NCBI GenBank assembly: GCA_002269645.1
Contig: NIVC01000866.1
Coordinates: 406,350 to 470,349, forward strand
Direction: 5' to 3'
Source: Macrostomum lignano
Lineage: Eukaryota
Length of the DNA stretch: 64,000 bases
Shown here: positions 1 through 14,342 of the stretch, piece after piece
Layout of the letters: every line of letters begins with the position of its first letter
How positions within the stretch are numbered: the first letter of the stretch is position 1
Notes under the pieces: model-generated
Databases searched by the model: none
Told to the model about the DNA's origin: nothing
What the model saw: only the letters and a program-made list of their open reading frames with translations
Position numbers and translations under genes: made by a program

Positions 1-505
1 ACTTCTGTCCCCAATGTACACCTGTGCCTCAAAAACTTCTGCCCCAATGTACACCTGTGCCCGATAAACTTCTGCCCCCAATGTACACCTGTGCCCGATA
101 AACTTCTGCCCCCAATGTACACCTGTGCCCCATCAACTTCTGCCTCCCCCCCAATGTACACCTGTGCCCCATCAACTTCTGCCCCCCCCACCCAATGTAC
201 ACCTGTGCCCCATCAACTTCTGCCCCCAATGTACACCTGTGCCCCATCAACTTCTGTCCCCAATGTACACCTGTGCCTCAAAAACTTCTGCCCCAATGTA
301 CACCTGTGCCCGATAAACTTCTGCCCCCAATGTACACCTGTGCCCCATCAACTTCTGCCCCCCCCCCAATGTACACCTGTGCCCCATCAACTTCTGCCCC
401 CCCACCCAATGTACACCTGTGCCCCATCAACTTCTGCCCCCAATGTACACCTGTGCCCCATCAACTTCTGCCCCCCCCCCACCCAATGTACACCTGTGCC
501 CGATA
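1..505. repeat. Minisatellite, ~34-38 bp unit (ccccaatgtacacctgtgccccatcaacttctg)
   Basis: About 14 visible tandem copies with variable C-runs; runs off the window start. Confidence 0.95.
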
Positions 506-1241
506 AACTAGTATTTGTTGTATTGCGTTTTGCATACGTTGTCACAAATAGCAAAATTTATTATTACAGTTGTAATTCATTACTCTTTATAAAGTTTTTA
601 CGCTCAACAATTCAATATTAAGTTCGTCTTCCTTTGAATTCGTCTTCAAAACAAATTTTGTTTCTAGTTTTAGACATCCTAATTATCATTTTAGTAACGG
701 CAGTTTACAACCACTAGCATATTCGTTTGTTTCTACTCGCGACTCTCGATTTAGTAGTATCACTCGTATATGCGAGCATTTTTGTGGTCACGCAAATTTA
801 TAGTTTTATCTACTAGTCATCTGTCCCGATTGCATGGCTTGAGTTATTTGTGTTTTTATTACCTGCAAATTTTCAACTAATGATACCTGATGACGTTTTA
901 TAATACACGAATTTTATGCAAAATTATTATACCTTTTAACTGCACCTTCAATCCACGTTGCTGGGTCCACTTGAAGCGTGGGCAGCTCAAGCAGAAGATC
1001 TTTTTTCGTTTTGGAATTATTTTTTTTAGCTTCAAATTCCTAATGGTTCAACATCTGGACTGTCAAATTCTAAATTAAATGTACATGTATGTGTTTTATC
1101 CAAGCTGCACTGCTAGAGATTCCAGCTGTTCCTGTCTCTGTAGTGCCTTTTCTACTTTGTCTATGGCAAAACCAAGGACTATTGAACTAAATGAACTGCC
1201 AAACATTCCAGTGCTCCTTGTAATAACATTGAGAGTAATGG

Positions 1242-1745
1242 GGCTGGCCCTACCCTATACATATGTACATAGAGGGGAGTGAGGTTGGGCCCTACCCTAT
1301 ACACATGTACATTGAGGGGAGTGAGGTTAGGCCCTACCCTATACACATGTACATTGAGGGGAGTGAGGTTGGGCCCTACCCTATACACATGTACATTGAG
1401 GGAAGTGAGGTTGGGCCCTACCTTATACACATGTACATTGAGGGGAGTGAGGTTTTTGCCCTACCCTATACACATGTACATTGAGGGGAGTGAGGTTGGG
1501 CCCTACCCTATACACATGTACATTGAGGGGAGTGAGGTTTTTGCCCTACCCTATACACATGTACATTGAGGGGAGTGAGGTTGGGCCCTACCCTATACAC
1601 ATGTACATTGAGGGGAGTGAGGTTGGGCCCTACCCTATACACATGTACATTGAGGGGAGTGAGGTTGGGCCCTACCCTATACACATGTACATTGAGGGGA
1701 GTGAGGTTGGGCCCTACCCTATACATATGTACATTGAGGGGAGTA
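1242..1745. repeat. Minisatellite, 42 bp unit (gggccctaccctatacacatgtacattgaggggagtgaggtt)
   Basis: About 12 tandem copies; source of the PYPIHMYIEGSEVG pseudo-ORFs. Confidence 0.95.
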
Positions 1746-2099
1746 AGGTAATGCGATCTGGGAAATTAGCGGCACTAATTGGTCAGGCAGACGATCAATA
1801 TTTCAAGCAGCTGTTCTGTACAAGTCGAATCACGTGAGTTAAAATGCGCCATAGGTATCGTGACTGGTGCAAAACTTAATCAAGAAGTTTTAATAACTCT
1901 TGAAGGAGAGACTTGATTGAACTTACTCGGCTCTGGCTGTATGCTTTGAGTCCCCTCTACGTGCGAGACAAACACCAAGGATTCGAGCCTGACGTCTCTG
2001 GGGACTGCGCCATGTTCACTCTGATGGAAATTAAAAAATAAAAGTACACGAACACAGACGGACAGACAGGCAGGTAGACCTGTGACGTTCTGTGACATT

Positions 2100-2225
2100 T
2101 CTGTCATGACAGGCAGACAGACAGAAAGACAGACAGTAGAAATTCAGACAGACAGACAGACAGAAAGACAGACAGATAGAAAGACAGACAGACAGACAGA
2201 CAGACTGGCATATAGACAGACGTAC
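2100..2225. repeat. (GACA)n microsatellite
   Basis: Directly visible. Confidence 0.85.
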
Positions 2226-3183
2226 AGATCGTAGAAAGACGAACTCAAAAATGGCAGCGAAGACAATACTTGTCCTCAATTTTCCAGATAGACCACAATT
2301 AACGCGCTCAATACGCAAGGTGGGTTCATTTTTAACAATTAATGCATAAGCCTTAAGAAAGACCTGACAGACCGAACGGGCGACTTTATACCAACATTGA
2401 AGTTTGAACTGGGCGGCTTGCGCGGGATAAAAATGATTTCGAAACAGCGAAATCCTAAATTTCAGCCTTCAGCGCCATCTCCGGCACCGGAAATGATTTT
2501 GAGCGATTTTTGGAAAATTCATAAATCGATTCCTAGTAGGCGTTCCCTGCATTTGGCCAGGCAGAATTCTGAGGAATTTTTGCCACTAATCCGAGGATTA
2601 GCTGCTGATCGCCTTCAGCCAATGATTGCGCGGCTTGGATTCGATAAAACAAATTGTCGACGGATTTGATTACAAAATTCTGCCCGTATTGAAATTGAAG
2701 CACAACTGGCTGACCGAGAAATTCCTGACTAAAATTGTAAGTTTTGAACTCAGTTATTTGCTTCGTATTCTGTGACTTTTGTTTGCTACTTAAGGCAGTG
2801 AGATCGGTAATTATATGCTGATTGGAAGTTAGATTGGTAGCTAGATTGATAGTTATAGAGTAGGTTGGTAGTTAGATTGGCAGTTAGTTTGGTAGTTGAT
2901 TAGATTAGCAATTGGATGGGCAGTTAGATTGGCAGTTAATTAGACTTGCAGATATAATGGTAGTTAATTAGATTGGCAGTTAGACTAGAAGTTAATTAGA
3001 TCGGCAGTTAGACTGGTAGTTAATTAGATTGGCAGTTAGACTAGAAGTTAATTCGATTGGCAGTTATACTGGTAGTTAATTAGATTGGCAGTTATAATGG
3101 TAGTTAATTAGATTGGCAGTTTTAATGGTAGTTAATTGGATTGGCAGTTATACTGGTAGTTAATTAGTTAAGATTGGCAGTTA

Positions 3184-4485
3184 CGAGGGTCAGTCAAAAA
3201 GTAATGATAATTTTGTTCTCACGAGTCTCAAACTTTAAATTAAAATCTGCTTTTCAACATAGTCCCCCTCCAGGGTCAGGCACTTCTCCATGCAGTGTCG
3301 CCATCTCTCCAGGCTGTTTGCGTAGAACTCAGGAGGCTGTGCAGCAAGCCACTGTACAGTAGCCTTTTTGGCAGCCTCTTTGTCCTCATCTTGGACTCCT
3401 TTGATTGCTTCCTTCAGCTTGGGAAGCAAAAAAAGTCCGAAAGAGCCAAACCAGGGCTATATGGAGGATGCTGGAGGATTTCCCAGCAGAAATCTCGCAG
3501 GGCTTCATGGCAGAGCCGAGAAGTGTGAGCTGGTGCATTGTCGTGGTGAAAGAGAATCCCAAGTTGCAACTTGCCATGTTGCTTTTTGGCCAGTTCAGTG
3601 CGGAGCTTTTACAGAAGCGACTCATAATAGGTGGCATTGATGGTCTTCTGGCTTTCCAAGAAGTCCACCGTCACCACTCCCTCAACATCCCAGAGAATCG
3701 TCGCCAAGACCTTCACTGCAGACCGTTCCGAATGGAACTTCTTGGGGCCTGCTGAATCTCGTGGCAGCCACTCCTTGGATTGGACCTTGGACTCGGGATT
3801 GTGTTGAAATATTCATGTTTCATCCCCGGTCACTAAGCGCTGGTAACTGTTTTCTGAATCAGCGTCCAAGCGGTTCAGCAGGTTTATGGCGCACTCAGTG
3901 CATTGAACCCAGTGTTCAGGCCGCAACAGCCGCGGGACCCAGCAAGCACTCAGCTTGCTCAGACCAAGATAGTCCATCGCAATGGAGTGAGCACTGCCAT
4001 GAGCAATGCCCACTTTTTTAGCAATATTGTCTATGGTCACGCGCCGATCCAGCTCAATCACTGGCTGCACAGCTACCACATTTTCCCCTGTGCGCGATGT
4101 TGTGGGCCTTACCTACCGCTGGGCGTCTTCCGTGGACTCTCGGCCTTCCTTAAAAGCCTGAATCCAGCAGTAAATGGTTGGATCTAGTGGAGCAGTGTCC
4201 CCATAGACCTTCTTCAAAGCGTCAATGATTTCGGCTGGCTTCCAACCAAGCTGTACAAGAAATGTCACTATATTAGTACGAGCTTCGATTTTTGAATTTT
4301 CCATTGCTTAAAGGATATACTGTGATTAGAGTGTCACCATGCAGGCATCAATCACTTTAGAAGAACCAAAACTCTGTCAAATAAAGATCAAAAGATGTTT
4401 TTTCAAATGAAACCAGTTGCAGTTCAATAACTCTGATATTTTAGGCGGTACAACAAAATTATCATTACTTTTTGACTGACCCTCG
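3184..4485 (-). mobile_element. Full-length mariner (Tc1/mariner, DD34D) transposon, defective
   Basis: Perfect ~34-bp TIRs CGAGGGTCAGTCAAAAAGTAATGATAATTTTGTT at both ends; TA duplication at 3182-83 and 4486-87; 1302 bp; removing it restores the repeat unit ggcagtTAtactggtag. Confidence 0.96.
3235..4304 (-). pseudogene. Mariner transposase with frameshifts/stops
   Basis: Fragments in several frames: MENSKIEAR..LGWKPAEI (HTH), WVPRLL, TGDET, HDNAPAH, HPPYSPGLALSDF. There are 34 residues between the 2nd and 3rd catalytic D. ORF is broken. Confidence 0.93.
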
Positions 4486-5975
4486 TATACTGGTAGTTAA
4501 TAAGATTGGCAGTTATACTGGTAGTTAATTATATTGGCAGTTAGACTGGTAGTTAATTAGATTGGCAGTTATACTGGTAGTTAATAAGATTGGCAGTTAT
4601 ACTGGTAGTTAATTAGATTGGCAGTTAGACAAGAAGTTAATTAGATCGGCAGTTCAACTGGTAGTTAATTAGATTGGCAGTTAGACTAGAAGTTAATTAG
4701 ATTGGCAGTTATACTGGTAGTTAATTAGATTGGCAGTTATACTGGTAGTTAATTATATTGGCAGTTAGACTGGTAGTTAATTAGATTGGCAGTTATACTG
4801 GTAGTTAATAAGATTGGCAGTTATACTGGTAGTTAATTAGATTGGCAGTTAGACAAGAAGTTAATTAGATCGGCAGTTCAACTGGTAGTTAATTAGATTG
4901 GCAGTTAGACTAGAAGTTAATTAGATTGGCAGTTATACTGGTAGTTAATTAGATTGGCAGTTAGACAAGAAGTTAATTAGATTGGCAGTTATACTGGTAG
5001 TTAATTAGATTGGCAGTTAGACTGGTAGTTAATTAGATTGGCAGTTAGACAAGAAGTTAATTAGATTGGCAGTTATACTGGTTGTTAATTAGATTGGCAG
5101 TTATACTGGTAGCTAATTAGATTGGCAGTTAGACTGGTAGTTAATTAGATTGGCAGTTAGACTGGTAGTTAGTTAGATTGGCAGTTAAACTGGTAGTTAA
5201 TTAGATTGGCAGTTAGACTGGTAGTTAATTAGATTGGCAGTTAGACTGGTAGTTAATTAGATTGGCAGTTAGACTGGTAGTTAAATAGATTGGCAGTTAG
5301 ACTGGTAGTTAATTAGATTGGCAGTTAGACTGGTAGTTAATTAGATTGGCAGTTAGACTGGTAGTTAATTAGATTGGCAGTTAGACTGGTAGTTAATTAG
5401 ATTGGCAGTTCGACTGGTAGTTAATTAGATTGGCAGTTAGACTGGTAGTTAATTAGATTGGCAGTTAGACTGGCAGTTAATTAGATTGGCAGTTCGACTG
5501 GTAGTTAATTAGATTGGCAGTTAGACTGGCAGTTCGATTCACACTTAAGCCGGCTCTATCGGAAGAGCAGGTCCGATTTCAGTGATTTAGGATCTACTTT
5601 CCGAAACTCTACCGCCTCAAGAAGGCAGATGGGCTGCACAACAGCGCAAAATGGAAGTCAAGGACGACAAAGTCCTTGACGGAAATATCAAAATATCTCT
5701 ACTCAATGTATCCGGTAAAGACGATCCGCGAAGGAAGATTGATGCAGCAAAAGAAACAAGATAGGAAAAGACAAGCTTTGGGGGCTAAGGGAACACAAAG
5801 GAAAAGTGCTGACCTCTCTTGTGCTTAGCGTGAGGCTTCATCTGAGGCTTGGCTGCCTGATTCAAAATTAAATAATTCGCTTCTCTACGCTTGTGTTGCA
5901 GCATCGCTGCCTGCCTGCTTGCTACTATTTTCCAATTAATTTCCCCCTAGGCACATGTTAGCTCTGCAATCATGT

Positions 5976-8545
<2,570 letters not shown>

Positions 8546-8549
8546 CCAG

Positions 8550-8999
8550 ATGGGCCTGAGCCAGTGCCTGATGCTCGGACGTCACGAACAGAGCCCAAGC
8601 CAGTCAGCAGAGGAAAATCCGCTCGAGCAGTCGCAGCCGTGGCCGCCCCAGGAGCGGCTGTTGGCTCAGCCAGCAGCAGGGGCTCCCAGTCGATCCCAGC
8701 AGCTGCAGCGAAAATCAACATCAAGAGGCGGCAGCGGCAGCTGGACTTTCTACCAGCTGCCAGCCGAGCTGTCCAAGGAAGCCGGCCGGGAGATCAAGAT
8801 CCTCGAGGGCATGGTCATCACGGGCTTCCTGTCCTTCGAGAAGTACAAGGACAGCGCGTGCAGCATCGTGGAGGCTGAGCTCGGATGCTGCGACCTCGTC
8901 ACCATCGCAGTTGGCGAGGGCGGCAGCAGCGGAGGGAGGCACCGAGGCAGAATGTCCCTGCAGCTGGAGGCCTGCCATTCACGAAACTGCGTGAACTAA
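8550..8999 (+). CDS. Probable terminal exon of an unknown gene
   Basis: ccag acceptor at 8549 immediately after the microsatellite. GC-rich, with strong GC3 codon bias in YQLPAELSKEAGREIKILEGMVITGFLSFEKYKDSACSIVEAELGCCDLVTIA; stop at 8999. The upstream part reads better in another frame (KINIKRRQRQLDF), implying a 1-nt slip near 8746. Upstream exons (candidate donors at 2737 and 5715) not resolved. Confidence 0.5.
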   Translation: MGLSQCLMLGRHEQSPSQSAEENPLEQSQPWPPQERLLAQPAAGAPSRSQQLQRKSTSRGGSGSWTFYQLPAELSKEAGREIKILEGMVITGFLSFEKYKDSACSIVEAELGCCDLVTIAVGEGGSSGGRHRGRMSLQLEACHSRNCVN

Positions 9000-9021
9000 G
9001 TGGGACATTATTCATGTGATG

Positions 9022-9462
9022 AGACATCAATTATGTACTGTGACATCAATCATGTACTGTGACATTAATCATGTACTTTGACATCAATCATGTACTACGA
9101 CATCAATCATGTACTATGAAATCAATCATGTACTTACATCAATCATGTACTGTGACATCAATCATGTACTGTGACATCAATCATGTACTATGACATCAAT
9201 CATGTACTGTGACATCAATCATGTACTTTGACATCAATCATGTACTACGACATCAATCATGTACTTACATCAATCATGTACTGTGACATCAATCATGTAC
9301 TGTGACATCAATCATGTACTGTGACATCAATCATGTACTGTGACATCAATCATGTACTTTGACATCAATCATGTACTACGACATCAATCATGTACTTACA
9401 TCAATCATGTACTTTGACATCAATCATGTACTGTGACATCAATCATGTACTATGACATCAAT
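9022..9462. repeat. Minisatellite, 19 bp unit (gacatcaatcatgtactgt)
   Basis: More than 20 tandem copies. Confidence 0.95.
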
Positions 9463-9852
9463 ACTGAGATACACCTCAATCATGAACTCTGACACACCTG
9501 AATTGAATACATGTATTTTTTTACTTTTGCCTCGACACTGAAAGGGTCTTTAAATAATTAAATGAGTGGAAATCTTGTCATATAAGTGTTTTTACAAGCA
9601 TAGCTTCATTAACCTACTGTTACTAGTATCATGCACAAACGAACGTAAAATGTGCATTATATGTATGCTGTTTTTTACGAGCGTAATAAACGTTAATGTA
9701 CGAGTAATGTAATCTATTACTCGTAGAACAGTGAGTGTGCGATTTCCAAAATTTCCGAATCAAAAATACATTCCATCACTGTAATAGATGTTATTCCATC
9801 AAGTTAAATAAGTGAGATATGTAACAAATCAATAGATTTTTTCCTACTGTAA

Positions 9853-10112
9853 TCTGGGATCGGGATCTGGGATCGGGATCTGGGATCGGGATCTGGGATC
9901 GGGATCTGGGATCGGGATCTGGGATCGGGATCTGGGATCGGGATCTGGGATCGGGATCTGGGATCGGGATCTGGGATCGGGATCTGGGATCGGGATCTGG
10001 GATCGGGATCTGGGATCGGGATCTGGGATCGGGATCTGGGATCGGGATCTGGGATCGGGATCTGGGATCGGGATCTGGGATCGGGATCTGGGATCGGGAT
10101 CTGGGATCTGGG
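9853..10112. repeat. Minisatellite, 13 bp unit (gggatcgggatct)
   Basis: About 19 near-perfect copies. Confidence 0.95.
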
Positions 10113-10331
10113 ATTTTGTTTGCTCAAGACCAACACAGAGGTAGCTACTGCCTGAGCAGAAATGAAGGCATTGAGTTTGCAATGCCGATCCAATGGGAAT
10201 GGGGGCATTGGATAGAGAAGAGTCAGATACTGCAGTTTCAGGAAATTTAAAAGCAGGTCACATTAAACAGCTGCAACAGCTTTACCATCGGATCCGAATT
10301 CCTTTACGACGTAAAAACTTTTCTAAAGGAA

Positions 10332-13300
10332 ATGAAAGTGAAGTTCGGCCACCAACTTTTTTACGGACTGTTGGTCGGGCATATTTGCTTTGCGGCTGTG
10401 ACTGGTGAGTGAGATTCTTGTCTTTGTTGCTTTGGCCTCTGCGAAAAGGCTGGTAGGTAGGTAGATAGGAACATAGGTAGATAGGTAGGTAGGTAGGTAG
10501 GTAGGTAGGTAGGTAGGTAGGTAGGTAGGTGGGTAGTTAGGTAGGTAGGTTGGTTGGTAGGTAGGTAGGTAGGTAGGTAGGTAGGTAGGAAGGAAGGTAG
10601 GGGTAGAGTATCTTGGGGGTTGTCATGTTTGTCACCTGTGTCGGATTGCGGTAAGGCAACCCGGGTTTGAAGGTGATTTTAGGTGACAGACAGACAATCT
10701 GCAAATATAAACGGCAGGAAGCGAATGCAAAATGCATCGCTAATGGTTGCCAACCAAATCTCTTCCAATTTCCTGCAATCGCTGTTTTGAAAAGCTTTTT
10801 GGTTTAGCTTTGTTGTGAAGCTCCCAGCATCCATTAAAGTAAAAGTCAGGTTTCCATCCATTTCCCCCCTTCGAGTGGGCGTTTCAGTGCGTGTTTAAAA
10901 CCGCATGCTGCCAAAATAGATCACGGTAGATTGCGGTAGATCACAGAAAATCGCGGTAGATCACAGTAGATCACAGAAGATCACGGTAGATTGCGGTAGA
11001 TCACAGTAGATCACAGAAGATCACGGTAGATTGCGGTAGATCACAGTAGATCACAGAAGATCACGGTAGATTGCGGTAGATCACAGAAAATGACGGTAGA
11101 TCACAGGAGTTTAAGATAGATTAAGGTAAACCACGGTAGCTATATCAAATTCTATCACGGTAGATCATGTTGGACTACAGTAGATCACGGTAGATCATGT
11201 TGGATCTACTGTAGATCACGGTAGATCATGTTGGACTACAGTAGATCACGGTAGATCATGTTGGACTACAGTAGATCACGGTAGATCATAATAGATCGTC
11301 AAACCAATTAAAAACCGTCACTCACTTCGCAGGCTTCGAGCTGACCCAGGTGCCCAAGAACAGGCCGGCTAAGGCCTCCTCCACGCATCAGACATCAGCG
11401 AACCCCATTCAGGTGAACGACGGAGCCACGAGAGGAAGACTGTTTCACACCAGGCCTTGGGACCCGCGGCCGTGGCTGATGCTGGACCTGTCCCTGCCGT
11501 ACGCCATCTTCGGTGTTCGAGTCTGGAACCGACCGGATGAATGGTCAAAAAGATTCTCCAAGATAATGATCGGTGAGCAGGTTTCATCACAGTTGCACAA
11601 ATAGTGACGGGAAAAGTAAAGACACGAGAAAGCAAAAAATCCCTTTTTTCATTAAATACAGAGATTACACTTTACAGCAATAACAACAAAGGCAGCGACA
11701 AAACGACACAAAACGACAACAGAACAACGACAAAATTAACTACAAAACTACAAAATAACGTAACAAGAAAACTAAAACAAGCGTAAAAACAAATCTACGA
11801 AAAATTCAATAACAAAAGCGACAACAAAGCGACAAAAAAGCGACAAAAAAGCGACAAAAAAGCGACAACAGAAGCGACAACAAAAGCGACAGCAAAAGCA
11901 ACAACAAAAGCGACAACAAAGCGACAGCAAAAGCGACAACAAAAGCAACAACAAAAGTGACAGCAAAAGGGACAACAAAAGCAAAACAACAAAAGCGACA
12001 ACAAAAGCGACAACAAAAGCGACAACAAAGCGACAACAAAAGCGAGAGCAAAAGCAACAACAAAAGTGAGAGCAAAGGCGACAACAAAAGCAACAACAAA
12101 AGTGACAGCAAAAGCGACAACAAAAGCAACAAAAAAAGCGACAACAAAAGCGACAACAAAAGCGACAACAAAAGCGACAGCAAAAGCGACAACAAAAGCA
12201 ACAACAAAAGTGACAGCAAAAGCGACAATAAAAGAGCAAAAGCGACAACAAAAGCAACAACAAAAGTGACAGCTAAAGCGACAACAAAAGCGACAACAAA
12301 AGCAACAACAAAAGTGAGAGCAAAAGCGACAACAAAAGCAACAATAAAAGAGCAAAAGCGACAACAAAAGCAACAACAAAAGTGACAGCAAAAGCGACAA
12401 CAAAAGCAAAACAACAAAAGCGACAACAAAAGTGACAACAAAGCGACAACAAAAGCGACAACAAAAGCAACAACAAAAGTGAGAGCAAAAGCGACAACAA
12501 AAGCAACAATAAAAGAGCAAAAGCGACAACAAAAGCAACAATAAAAGAGCAAAAGCGACAACAAAAGCAACAACAAAAGTGACAGCTAAAGCGACAACAA
12601 AAGCAAAACAACAAAAGCGACAACAAAAGCGACAACAAAAGCGACAACAAAGCGACAACAAAAGCGACAACAAAAGCAACAACAAAAGTGAGAGCAAAAG
12701 TGACAACAAAAGCAACAATAAAAGAGCAAAAGCGACAACAAAAGTAACAACAAAAGTGACAGCAAAAGCGACAACAAAAGCAAAACAACAAAAGCGACAA
12801 CAAAAGCGACAACAAAAGCGACAACAAAGCGACAACAAAAGCGACAAAAAAGCAACAACAAAAGTGAGAGCAAAAGCGACAACAAAAGCAACAACAAAAG
12901 CGACAACAAAAGCAACAACAAAAGCGACAACAAAGCGACAGCAAAAGCAACAACCAGAGCGACAACAAAGCAACAACAAAAGCGACAGCAAAAGCAACAA
13001 CAAAAGCGACAGCAAAAGCGACAACAAAAGCGACAGCAAAAGCAACAACCAAAGCGGCACCAAAGCCCCTACAAAACAATGCAAAACATCAGACTCGAAA
13101 ACAATAAACAATAAAATTACGCTGTTGAAACCCTGTGTGAAGGCTTCTATGAGTCTGTTTTTGACTCGCCCCTCTGATCGTTCCTCCCATGCCAAGCCTA
13201 CTGTAGCTAAGCTACATGTAGCGCAGATCTGAGTGTTTTTCATGTTTCACGCCGCACACCCCATCCAGGAGTGACCAACAACCCAGCCGTGTGGTCTGCA

Positions 13301-14305
13301 TTCAACAAAGACCTCTTCGACACCTGCTTTTACTACACACACGTGCCAACTGCCGCTGAGAGGCCAATCAGCATCAACTGCACGCGGCTCATTGTGGGCA
13401 GGTATCTCGCCTTGTACATGAATGTCACCGCTGTTGCTGACGCGAATCTCAGGTACATTCACTTCTATGAAATTGACATCTTTGCTGGTGAGACCGTCTT
13501 CTGGCTTGTTTTGTCACCTGAATCTATTTGTAAAGAATGATTTATTATTGAGCACACTGCAATCTCACTGATTATTGAGCACACTGCAATCTCACTGATT
13601 ATTGAGCACACTGCAATCTCACTGATTATTGAGCACACTGCAATCTCACTGATTATTGAGCACACTGCAATCTCACTGATTATTGAGCACACTGCAATCT
13701 CACTGATTATTGAGCACACTGCAATCTCACTGATTATTGAGCACACTGCAATCTCACTGATTATTGAGCACACTGCAATCTCACTGGTTATTGAGCACAC
13801 TGCAATCTCACTGATTATTGAGCACACACACTGCAATCTCACTGATTATTGAGCACACACTGCAATCTCACTGATTATTGAGCACACACTGCAATCTCAC
13901 TGATTATTGAGCACACTGCAATCTCACTGATTATTGAGCACACTGCAATCTCACTGATTATTGAGCACACTGCAATCTCACTGATTATTGAGCACACTGC
14001 AATCTCACTGATTATTGAGCACACACTGCAATCCAAATTCAGTGGCCAAAGGCGCTTCTCTCTACGCCAGCGATGTGCAGCCCAGCTTCTCTGCTACATC
14101 AAACGTGCTCGTAGCCCATGATTGGTCCGGCCTGCACGTCAGATCCCACATTGACTGCCTGCTGCAGTGCTTCCGCCTGCAGCCTGCCTGCCTGTTCGCT
14201 CTGGTCATTCCGGGATCCGGTAGCTGCCTGCTGTTCGGACCTCCCAGCCTCCCGACTGGCTTCATCGCCACAGAGTTCTTTAAGCTGGTCAACGAGTTCG
14301 AGTAG
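10332..14305 (+). CDS. Secreted F-type lectin (fucolectin) domain + C-terminal PAN/apple-like domain protein
   Basis: Exons 10332-10404, 11333-11572, 13269-13487, 14043-14305; all introns phase 1, GT-AG. Signal-peptide-like MKVKFGHQLFYGLLVGHICFAAVTG. FTLD motifs PAKASS, VNDG, FHT..PWLMLDL..VWNRPDEWSKR (HX27RXDX4R; canonical is HX26RXDX4R/K), C..C..GRYL..EIDIF. Last exon has SHIDCLLQC..C..GSCLL (PAN-like cysteine spacing). Confidence 0.85.
10450..10605. repeat. (GGTA)n microsatellite in lectin intron 1
   Basis: Directly visible. Confidence 0.9.
10915..11295. repeat. Compound minisatellite built on tagatcacgg/tagatcacag units, lectin intron 1
   Basis: 10-bp core with ~30-40 bp higher-order periods. 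Confidence 0.88.
11690..13065. repeat. A-rich minisatellite, ~12 bp unit (gcgacaacaaaa), lectin intron 2
   Basis: Fills most of the intron; source of the KATT/FVVA ORFs. Confidence 0.95.
13545..14032. repeat. Minisatellite, 27 bp unit (attattgagcacactgcaatctcactg), lectin intron 3
   Basis: About 18 copies ending ~10 nt before the acceptor. Confidence 0.95.
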
Positions 14306-14342
14306 CTCGAGTTCGGATAGCAACTGGATGGTGAAGAGATGC

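Larger units (their letters stand above)
2815..5527. repeat. Minisatellite, 28 bp unit (gttaattagattggcagttagactggta), split by a mariner insertion
   Basis: Array at 2815-3183 resumes in register at 4486-5527; left end more diverged. Confidence 0.93.

Noticed and set aside
940-2020. Possible minus-strand exons (2020-1927 with good acceptor and GTAAGT donor; ~1240-1100; ~1000-940)
   Set aside because: Protein-like fragments, but phases join only with assumed indels and no homology was recognised; too weak to call.
2610-5830. Possible + strand exons ending at donors 2737 and 5715, upstream of the 8550 exon
   Set aside because: Several frames equally plausible; no unique gene model.
8740-8752. 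Programmed ribosomal frameshift at GAC TTT CTA
   Set aside because: No slippery heptamer or downstream structure; an indel error or decay is simpler.
11772-13243. 482-aa and other hydrophobic/Cys-rich ORFs
   Set aside because: Open frames of the gcgacaacaaaa array inside lectin intron 2.
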